A stretch of 64,000 bases of DNA from Polymyxa betae A26-41. Taxonomy: Eukaryota; Protista; Endomyxa: Phytomyxea. Position numbers and translations under genes: made by a program. How positions within the stretch are numbered: position 1 is the stretch's first letter; every line of letters starts with the position of its first letter. Positions 23,321 to 33,600 of the stretch are shown piece after piece. The stretch spans positions 1 to 64,000 of the forward strand of contig RBZT01000631.1 in the NCBI GenBank assembly GCA_003693705.1. Reading direction: 5' to 3'. The notes below the pieces were generated by a model, which searched no databases, was not told where the DNA came from, and saw only the letters and a list, made by a program, of their open reading frames with translations.

Positions 23321-23375
23321 GCTGTGCTACTTGCTAAGTTCAATAGGACAAGAGGGACCGAGGGCTGGAGTACAA

Positions 23376-24809
23376 CTACTGCAGATAATTCGCCTGCTGA
23401 ATGAGTTGATTCCGCAATTGACGGAACCAATCACGCCTGCCTACGACGAACACGGATTCAGAGCGGCAGCCATTCTCAGGCCTTGCAAGCTTACGGGATA
23501 GAAGGCGGACGCGATTCGGGATGCCATCGGCCTGAAAAGGTTCGCGACTGGGCCCCGGTTGGGGTCGGTCTATGAGATCCCATCGCTGTAGACCCGAATC
23601 AACACATTCGACATTGATAAAGATGGAATGACACGTGAACAGGGCGTCCTCGATGAAGGTCATCGGATCAGATCGCGCTTGATGCAGCTGTGTCTTCACC
23701 CAGGACGAGTGAACACCATTCAGCGGCGCCGACATCGCCTCCGCCTGCTGCTGCACCATTTTTGGTGGCCGGACAGCCTCCAAAGGCAGCGGTGGGATGG
23801 GGGGCGGCGACTCGCTACGTTCGTCGTTTCGGATACCGGCGAACAGCTGCCTGGCGAGATCCGGACAGTAGAAATGCCCGGGCGTCTTTTCATCGCGATC
23901 GAAATCGCTTTCACTGTCACTGTCGCTCATTTCTTCGCTGCTATCGAATGTGTGCTCGGAATCGTCCGATTGCGTTGTCAAGTCCCAATCTGACGTTGTA
24001 TCCGACCCCGGGACGTTCGATTTCTGACGTCGCAGCGTCTGCAGCTCACCCTGCAGATACTCGATCAAGAAATACAGCTTGTCTATCATGTGCGGGTATT
24101 CGATCAGAAACTGGACGTCGGCGCTGTCATCGCAGCGCGAGTATTGCTTCTTGACAGCATCCAGGATCATACAGGCCAGATCGCTGTCGTTCGGCTCAGG
24201 ATCCTTGCGATGGACAGCCGGCGTATTGAAGGAGTCCGGGTGCATGTGACGCCGGACGTACAGGACCAGGTCGCGGTCGAACGTGAGCTGGGCCAGCTCC
24301 AGGTGCGGGGCTTTGAACCGAAACCCCTTTTGATTCACCATGAAGTGGACGATGGAGCGCCGCGGTTGATGCAGGGCCAGTGCCACATACAGATCCGCCT
24401 CGAGTTCGCGGCTAATGTCGCCCGATTGCGTGTCCACCGTGATTGGCTTCGGCAGCAGCAGTGTGTCGTAGACGGTCCAATACAGATCGCGAAGATATTC
24501 TTCAGGGCCACAAAATCCTACGAACAGGTCGGTGATAACCTTGATTCGAGCATCCCAGGGATAGTTCTCTTTAGGCAGAGTCCATTTCGATAACAGCACG
24601 AACTCTTTCCAGAACTCGTACTGCTGCTGGCGTAGAGCTGCCTGCGTAACGCACGAGTCGTACCGAACGAATCCGAAGCCGTGATGAATGGCACGCAAGA
24701 AGTCGATGTTGCCCCTCTTGGCCTCAAAGTAAAGTTTTTGGTGCGAAACCTGACGATCGTAATCTTGGAGACGAGGGACGACGCGAGTGTACTGGACCGA
24801 CTTTCGCAT
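23376..24809 (-). CDS. Unknown family protein, copy C (ankyrin-like helical family)
   Basis: Full-length paralog of 1417..2733. First ATG at 24809. In-frame stop-free 54-nt GT-AG intron at 23441-23494, same position as the copy A intron. Confidence 0.85.
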   Translation of the reverse strand: MRKSVQYTRVVPRLQDYDRQVSHQKLYFEAKRGNIDFLRAIHHGFGFVRYDSCVTQAALRQQQYEFWKEFVLLSKWTLPKENYPWDARIKVITDLFVGFCGPEEYLRDLYWTVYDTLLLPKPITVDTQSGDISRELEADLYVALALHQPRRSIVHFMVNQKGFRFKAPHLELAQLTFDRDLVLYVRRHMHPDSFNTPAVHRKDPEPNDSDLACMILDAVKKQYSRCDDSADVQFLIEYPHMIDKLYFLIEYLQGELQTLRRQKSNVPGSDTTSDWDLTTQSDDSEHTFDSSEEMSDSDSESDFDRDEKTPGHFYCPDLARQLFAGIRNDERSESPPPIPPLPLEAVRPPKMVQQQAEAMSAPLNGVHSSWVKTQLHQARSDPMTFIEDALFTCHSIFINVECVDSGLQRWDLIDRPQPGPSREPFQADGIPNRVRLLSRKLARPENGCRSESVFVVGRRDWFRQLRNQLIQQANYLQ

Positions 24810-25010
24810 GGCGATGGAATACCCAACTCCATTCAACAAATTCTATGAATTCCGCGCAGCATCTCAAAGAACTGCTCTCTCATCGCCAAGGTCGGTGGTG
24901 GCACCTGGAAGCCAGCTCAGCTTCGAGTTATGTTCGACTCGTTCAGCTTCTAGTTATGTTCGAGTAGTACTGGTCGTGGATCGATCGCTAAACAATCAGA
25001 GCTGAATAAG

Positions 25011-25866
25011 ATGCTTCGAGAACCACTGGCCAGGAAACATTACTGCTGGACCATAGTTGGATCAACATCACCATACTTTCCAATATCACAGCTACCCGTG
25101 CAGGAAGTCGGAGACCAAACTGTTTCAGGCAATGCAGTGATTGAATCTGCTTTCAGGCAAAACCGGCAGATTTGCGAACGATCGTATATTCAGTGGATTC
25201 TGTTCCGCCGCCTCAGTTAAACGTCTCGAAAGGTAACTCAATTCGTGTCGTAATCATCCCCCATTCTGAAGGAATTGGCGCAGACCCAGATCAGATTAGA
25301 GAGCGCAGAAAGACGCTGAACAAACTGAATTCGCAACGCCAACGCAACCGCGAGCGCATACAGTTAAAGCAGCTGATCGAACGCCTCGAGTATAATCGAA
25401 AGGAGCATGACTCCTTGTTAAAGATGGCGCGAGATAAAATGCCTTCCAATGATGACCAGTAAATCGTTTGATCAGAAAACTTCAGGCTTTAAACATGTCT
25501 TAGATTGCCAATAACGCGATCTGCAATGCTGGTTCGATATATTTGCAATTTGTTGCACCCCAGCCATATTGACGTGATTTCGTTCGCCCTTGGCATCAAG
25601 ACCGACGCACATCGGGCGCTGTCGGCGATGATATTTGAACAGCTCGATATCAAAGGTAATGAGTCTTTAGGCAGCCAACAATAAGATATTGAGATGCGAT
25701 AGGTGCACAGAAGCAAACTTTATGTGGCATTTTACAACGTTCATCCAACCAGATCAGCAAGTTTCAAAATGCCATTGAACTCCTGAACAAAGCCGCTCAA
25801 ACATCGCATCTGGCCGTGACAAACGCCCACACAATAATATCCAATAATAAATTCGAAAATGCATAG
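25011..25866 (+). CDS. Putative bZIP-like transcription factor (multi-exon)
   Basis: RERRKTLNKLNSQRQRNRERIQLKQLIERLEYNRKEHDSL fits N-x7-R-x9-L with a short imperfect zipper. Exon chain approximate. Confidence 0.5.
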
Positions 25867-26029
25867 TTCTCTAATACCTGTTGATCAACAGATGCATTAT
25901 TCTATTTAGCAAGTAGCCATGCTAATGGGTGGCATACAAGAGTTGGGGGCAAAAGAAAACAGTCGATATTTGGATCAGATTAGTGTACTGTTACAGTGGC
26001 CACAATGCCAATGATTGTTGAATGAGAAA

Positions 26030-26813
26030 ATGCAGGATACAGAGCAGATATCGCCAGAAGAAACAGAGACCAAAATCTTTATAAACGCATTGACGCAAAC
26101 ACCTTTGAAACTGTTGTCAGCACCGGTCTATAAGCAATGGAACATTTCAACATCGGTAGAACCCCTAAAAGTTACTCACAGTAAGACGGAATCGGAAATC
26201 GATCCAACAGACCGATAATTGATGGATCGTTCAGAACAAACCAGATGTATGGCAGCGAGGCGCCTCTGGGAGAAGATCGATAACCTGAGTAGTTCGCCAT
26301 TTATTCAATCCGAATTCGATGCACACGTGCAAGAAATTCTTCAACATCGAGCCGCTGATGTTGTGAAAAGGACCCGAATTCGCGATCTTCGTAAGCAATT
26401 CAGCCCGGAGAATCTTTTACGGCTCGAGGTGAGGAAATTCCCTCCGGTGCTTCGAAACTTCTAAAAAGGTTCAGATCAGAAAGCAACGACAACTAGACGA
26501 GCTAAACATACCGCCTGATTTGCTCGGATGGAGGAAGAGATCCAACCGAATTCAGCTGGATTCGATCACAAACCGTCGAAAAGCAAGATCAAAGCCTTTA
26601 TCTAACACTCCATTAACAGCATCGAAATTATCGCCTGCCTCTAAGGACCTCGCCTCAATTCTGCTGGCGGATTCGCGACCGTCGTCATCAATCCGGCTTC
26701 GAAGCTTGCGACCAGCTCGTGAAGATATGGTAGCCCATTCACAAGATCTGGCAACGATCTACCAGCGCATTCTGGTTCGGAACCGAACCTGCCCTACTCT
26801 TTACGATCGATGA
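26030..26813 (+). CDS. Hypothetical protein (about 3 exons)
   Basis: Three consecutive same-strand ORFs (26015, 26219, 26520) separated by plausible short introns; no recognisable domain. Confidence 0.45.
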
Positions 26814-27366
26814 ACACATAAACGATTTATGCTTTGCGGACATGACAGCAGCTGATTATGACATCAGTAGTTTCGTGATTTAAGCGCCTTTAATATCCAA
26901 AAATGATGCTGTTAGGCTGAATATCAAAGAAGCTCCTTTGAATTCACAGCAGTCTTATTACCGTCAACGTAAGCATCTATGCTGTACAATACCTGGAATG
27001 ATACTCACCCGTGTAAAAAAGATAGTGCAGGCAAGCGCTGGACAGACAGCGATCTATGGTGTACAAGAGTGAATTCTTAATGTCGAGACGAGACCGAATA
27101 GGCTCTGAAGAAAGGGGTCTCATAATTCCAATAAATGGAGGGGCCTCTCTACAGCTGAAGTTTTGTATGGTTGAATAGACTGATGGGGTCATGGGGTGTC
27201 TCATTGAGAGAAGAGATCCTTGATGAAACCGGTAGACTAATGGGGCCATGCATGGGGCAATGGGGTGTCTCAATGACTTCTGTCATTGATGATGACGTTA
27301 CAAATGTTGAGGCCGATGCCGTGGCCTGCGCTACTATCGTGACTTCCACTCATTCTCATCTTGGCC

Positions 27367-28217
27367 ATGTCGTCACCGGGACAGCTGATTCGCCTGAAAC
27401 GGGCCGGTCATGTCTTCGAGGTCCTTACCAACCCGGGCGCTATCACTGCCTGGAGAGCGAAGCCGGATGCCAAAACTGTTCCCAGCAGCCTCTGTGTCGC
27501 TCCTATTATTTTCTCGAACCAGTCGAAAGGCTTGCGCGCATCGCAAACTGCATTAACTGCTGCTTTCGAGACCGATGCATTGGAAGACTGTCTTCGTGTC
27601 ATTTTCGAGAAAGGTGAACTTCAAGTTTCGGCTTCGGAACGACAAGACAAGGTCGACTCATGCAAGCGTGCCATTATGCAATCGTTGCATAAAGGCTATA
27701 TTGATCCACGAACCAATCTACCCCATACTTTAGTTCGTATTGAAACTGCCGTTGCCGGAATCAAAGGCTGGAGAGCAGATCCCGATAAACCGGTACCTGC
27801 TCAGGTATTCATTTGTTTGCATTTGTCGTTTGAGGAAGTGTTATCGTCAAACACCGGTTATTCTATTCTTGCTGTCTATGAACGTTCGTTTAGGTTCAAG
27901 AAGTGGTCAAGAAGCTTCATGGGATTCTGTCGTTGGTCAAAAGTGAGATCGGAGCCACGTTAACAATTCCTGCAGCCTATTCGGGTCCTTCGGCGTCCAT
28001 TGTCCATAAAATGTGTCATATCGCTACCGAATCGTATGGCGCCGATCGATCGGTGACATATACGATCACCATCTCGCCTGGCGATATGGATGCTTTCATG
28101 GCGGCGCTGAACAAGGTCACGAAAGGCGATTTCCAATTGAAGATAGATAAAGCTGGGGTAGGCGCCGGCCCACCGGAACCCGAGAAGGGAAAGGGTGCCA
28201 AGAAGAAGCGCAAATGA
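27367..28217 (+). CDS. SBDS/Sdo1-family ribosome maturation protein (divergent paralog)
   Basis: IRLKRAGHVFEV, IFSNQSKG.RAS, AFET, IFEKGELQVSASER, IDPRTNLPH...IE, DPDKP..Q|VQEVVKKL and a C-terminal RRM-like domain. One intron at about 27805-27893. Confidence 0.9.
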
Positions 28218-28679
28218 ACAGTTTGTATAAATGTCATTTGGTGATTTCCTCATTTTGTGATGACATGCGAACTCACGTGCCAGATTCAAGTACGGTCACT
28301 AGATAATCGTCATCAGCAATGTCGGCCGGTTTCGCCACCGACTCCTTAAACATAACCGATTACGCCTTACGCGAGTTTCCTGCTTGCTGCGATCTCGTAT
28401 CCGAGGTGATGCATCTGTCCGGTGTCGTTCGGTCGACTGTTTGATCAGCAGCGCAGGACTCGACACGAACGCCAGATTGGCAGGGTCTATTACAACTAGC
28501 AACCGCGACTGATTTGAGCGAAGCCAGCTCGAAACCAAACTTGAAATTTCGCCAATGTTTTGCCTGGCTGAATGATACAATTTTTTCATTTCGGAAGAAG
28601 CCGAAAAGCGACGCGAGAGACGGATTCTATCGAATTACGTTCTATCTGATACCTGTCAGCTCTTGAGCTCTGAGCGTCG

Positions 28680-30540
28680 CATTTTCGTCTGAATGAGCTC
28701 CTTCAGGAATCTGTCCTTGAGGACCAATCCTGCATTGAACCCTGGGACGATTTCCAGCAACATCTAGAAGAAGAACGAGCTGGCCATGGGCTCAAGCTTA
28801 TTACGCCTGATATGATCATCTGTGTCCGATGCCAATCGTTAATGTCTTCGCCTCTGCACTCATTCTCTTTCTAACTGGCAACAGAGAAAGCGATCGCGAA
28901 CAGCTTATTGGGATACTGGATCGGAATCTGCGAAATCATCTGGATCCAGAGCTTTACACCATCAAGGCCAACGGATCCCGAATCCTCATGGAACGGATCC
29001 ATAAGACCATGCAGCTGAACTGGCAGCAGCATCAAGAAGTTCTGGCGAATCTTAGTGCGATTGCTGCTAGCAACGACCCAACATCAGCTAACGATCATCA
29101 TAGAGTTGCTGGGGATCCCGACCATTGCTGATTATATTAAATCTTGCAAGGACCGACGAATGTATGGTCTGCTTGATATCGCTTCAGAAACTGGCCATGA
29201 ACAGACTCTAAACTTCCAGCCGTTTTATTGTGTTCTTTGGAAAGATACTTTGTACGGTCAGAGGATTATGTAATGCTTCTAACGTGCCTCAAGGTATCTG
29301 TTCGACGAATCGCGAGAAGGTATCCCTGCAGCGTTGATGCCGTTGCACTATTCTAAAATCGCCCTGGACGAGAAGGCGATTCGCTCCAGAAGCTACCAGG
29401 CGCGATTGATGCTGCCATTGCGCTGCATTGTGATGCAGTTCCAACACGCGTTTAGTTTAGCGGAATGGTTTCATGCTATCTATTCCATAACGCAGCCTAC
29501 ATGTAGAATCGCCTTTCTCGACGATCTGTCCAGTTAACAGAATTTCAGGCCAAAACCGAGACATACGCGCCTGGGTTGAGGCGATTCAGCACGGTCCTCC
29601 TGATCTACAGTTTCTGGACCAGTGGGCCTGCATGACTGACTCCAATCGATTCAATGTTGAGCCTTGTTCCCCAGGCCTGCTAATGCGGAATGGAAAAGTT
29701 ATCTATTGGCTTGTGATAAGGTCGGCTTGCAAGCTGATCTGCGTCCAGCAATGTCTGACCAGCTTACAGATGCACATTGTTGAATGCACCAGCGTTATCG
29801 GGAAACAAAGTCTGGAATTCATAACAGAGGTATTTCTTAAAGAAGGGGCATCGAAGCGAGTATTCCCTCTACCGGAGCCGATAATGCAGCTGGTGAAACA
29901 TGGAAGCAATGTACAAATAGCCTATACTGGTTGTTCTAGCTCAAATAGATTCTAGGAAGCTCTTATCCAGCTCAAGAATTATATCGATGATAACATTCAG
30001 CTTCTATGGTGGAGCTGGTTGAGATCGAATGGGGTTTCGCTTGAATTCGAGGATTGTCAACCAATTTCTACCACCGCTAACAAAACCTCTGGATTAGCGA
30101 TCGTAATTTATACCCATAGACAGGGTAACGGTTATATCGGAAAGCAAACGATTCTAATGCTGCATAGATGGAGGGATACTTAAGGAAAAGGATGTATATT
30201 GGATTCATCCAGAGAGAAATGTCATAACAATTGGACGAGATCGGATGAATGTCCTGAGAATCGAGGACGCAAAAGCATCGAGGTCGCATGCCAAAATTGT
30301 TTTTGATGGAAAAAGTACTTAAAATCGAAATCCCAAGGCATTGCTAATAGTTACTTAGAGTTCGAAATTTTCGATATGGGATCTAGACGCGGTACGCTGG
30401 TTAATAACATTCCGGTGGCGAATGCAATATTACATGAAGGCGATAGAATTGCGATCGGAGATTGTGTCCTCGCCATTGAGTCTCGACAAAAACCTTCGAG
30501 AGTTCGCAACATAATGAAAATAGCTCGAGTTAGGAAATAA
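28680..30540 (+). CDS. Multi-exon protein with C-terminal FHA domain
   Basis: Last two exons (intron 30315-30358) give VITIGRDRMNVLRIEDAKASRSHAKIVFDGKKFEIFDMGSRRGTLVNNIPVANAILHEGDRIAIGD, an FHA consensus (GR, SRxH, D.GS..GT.VN, L..GD.I.IG). Not in the ORF track. 5' extent uncertain. Confidence 0.7.
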
Positions 30541-30621
30541 AGCATGATTGAAATGGTCTGTCTCTAAAGGTTTAATTCTATATATATAAGGATAAAGATA
30601 TGAAAGGAAATACACACAGAT

Positions 30622-33600
30622 CTAAGCAGATTTCGCTCGTTTCCGTCTTATTTGACGTTCGTGTTCGATCGCACTCAGTGAGGACATGCTATCTTCTTGT
30701 CCTAAAACGCGCTGAATTACAGCTGTTAATCAAATGCCTTTCTGACTAACCGGTGCTTTCATTGCGATCACTTGGTGGTGAATGTGAGATTGGAGTAGGA
30801 AGCGGTGTTGTCCCGGGATACAGCCTATCAGTATATAAGAAGAATTGCTATACAGCTTTTGAGAGAGTTACTGATTAGAAGTTGAAACGCCGTTGATTTC
30901 TAAAAAATGTATCCAATCAGTTTTTTCCTGCGGTATGAGCCCATCTCGCGACGCTTGAAGAACACTCACTGCGTGCAGCAATAAGGCTTCTCGCTTCTTA
31001 AAGCTGGCTATGAGATCCATCGAGTTAAGTCTGTGGCTGACAAACGTTCAAAAAAAAACTTCGAATAATTGCAATCGTAAATGAGTTAACCTTTCTTGAG
31101 CGTGCCTCAAATGGTTGGTCAGGTTAGAAAGTGGCTCATACGCTTGCTGCAGATGCGGTGCACTAAAGCGGAAATAGAAAGGGAAAACGGTGAATGCGTT
31201 AAGGTTACAGTTCGGCTGAATCACTTCGAGAAGTCAGTAAAACAGTGCTGCAGCAAAGATGACTCACATCCTGTAATAGGCTTATAGGAAGAGTTCAAAT
31301 AACTTTGCTTTTGCGACATAACGCAGGTCCATAGTGAGATAGTTTTAGCTCGAAGATGGATATTGCTTCGTTCCTTTTCGCTGTTGCAAAGGAAGGTACC
31401 AAATTTGCCTGTTTAAAATGGTTAATTTTGTAGAGCAGAATAAGGCTAAAACAACTGACATTCAAAAAGTTCATGGGCAATGCGGAGAAGCAGATTCACA
31501 TTAAATTCGAAAGCATTAGGGTATTGGGACATCACCTGCCAGATGGCATCTAAGAACTGAATGAAGACGGGACTTCTTTGAGAATCTGAATACATAGCAT
31601 CGCCGTGCCCAATACGCTATCATCTCTCAGCACTGGTTAGACAACAACAGAACGCAGATTTAATTACTCGGTGGAATTTATGACCAAATGAGAGCCATTC
31701 TTTCTCGATCAGCACAATGAATCCGGTAAGGGTGCGGTAGAAATCGTCAATCAACAGCATTGACAGAGATACGACTTGCGAAGTGCGATCCCATCCATCG
31801 CTACAATGGACTAAAAGCGACGCTTTTTCAACTGACAGCTTGGTAACTGTGAAAACAGCCGCTAAAAGGATCTGGAATAACCAATCAGCAAACTATTTAT
31901 GGGGGATGAAGTTCCAATCCGATACCTGTCTTAGATGTTTGTTCCATCCTGAATCAGCGAGCTCTGGACAGAAATACGAACTTCCAGTGTCAGAACCTCG
32001 AATAGAGGACATCACGCCAGCAACAGTTTCAACCTAAAAAAAGTTACTTTAATTCACAAAATTAATCTCTAAAACCGTTATGGAATCAAAACAAAAAGCC
32101 TCGGTTACCATGACACGGAACGAATCTCGGATTACATGAATGTTCTCAATACCCATAAAGACGACTTGGCAGTTTGGGTACCGGTTGGCGCTTTCGAATC
32201 CACCACCGAGAACTTTATTCCCTGAAGCGGCTTTAGCAAGATAACATAAGCTAATAATAATAGAGACCACGAGCGTTGATCTTTGGACGGCAATCAATGA
32301 CGTAACGAATTTTGGCAGCAGCAATGAGCTGTTCGTCTTCGATGCAATGGCTCCCAGTAACTCCAGTTCGTGGCTGAGCCGACCTTCATAAAACAGTAAG
32401 AACACCAATACAACAAGAGTATTTTGCCAAACCGCATCATAGCTGCACCAGAATCAGGAATGAAATATGAAAGTACAGGAATACGAGATCGGCTGCGAAA
32501 TAGAAAGACTTTGTGCAGCACCTCGTTCGAAACCGATGACGGTACAAAGAAGAGCGGCGGGTACGTTGGACAGAAGCCGAACTCGAAATTTAATGTGACA
32601 CGGCGCCAATGAGGCGAGAAGGTTACCCCCTAGAAAACCTAAATGCAAGATACTGTCAAAGACAGAAGAGTACTACCATGCGCTGATATTCTTTCTCGGC
32701 TGTATATATATCCCACCCGTTGTCAGGTACCGAAACCGACAGCTTGTACCGGAAAGCGAAGAGTTGGTCGAGGTTTTGTGGCCAGGCCGCCCAATAAACC
32801 AGATCGGTGAACTCAGCAATCATTTGGTCACGATTTACTTTGCTGGTGGGTAGCATCTTGAGACGATAGCGCAGGACCTGATTGTCTTTCAAAGTTATTA
32901 GCAGGATCTTGTCGCCTCCTGCAGCGTCCGAAACTGGTTTTACCCCGAATTTCAGAATCGAATGTACTCCTACCGTTGAGTCGTATCCACTAATAGGGAG
33001 AGACGATGCAGAAAAATTGCCATGAAGGCAATCAGAAACGTCTTTAGAGTCTCGAATAAAGATTAATCGATACGTGGTTAAGAGAAGCGAGCCTAAAGTA
33101 CATATTAAGCCAAAGGCTATATTGAATGAAAAAATTACCTCTAGGTCGAGGTGGTGTATTCTCATCGATTACAGCATAGAGCATACGTAGAACAATTTCG
33201 CCATTAACCAGGGAATTTCCTAGTGGAAACGAAGGCGATTTTCTGGAAAAGCGATCATCAAAAAATACTCTTAGCCTACAGAAAGAGCATACAGAATAGA
33301 ATCGCGACGTTCGGACGGCACGCCATGTTCAGATTCCGAATCGTATTCTTGAAACTGCTCAGATATCGCCCATGTGCTTCCGTTGATATACGAATCATGA
33401 AACAGATCGTGGCCCGATGGCGTTTGATACCAAGTCCAGTTAGTTTGACACTCCAGTTTTGGAACCCCGTTTTTGCCAGAAACAGCAGAAGGTAACAAAT
33501 TCTAGATGCACACTTCAGTAACAATTTGAGAAACTGCCGCTAGCTTTACAAATTGGCGAATTTGTTCAGATTGTTCCAGAACTGTCAAAAGATCGCAGCA

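Noticed and set aside
23628-24593. Long antisense ORFs over copy C (and similar shadows over other CDSs)
   Set aside because: Expected shadows of GC-rich coding sequence; no independent motifs.
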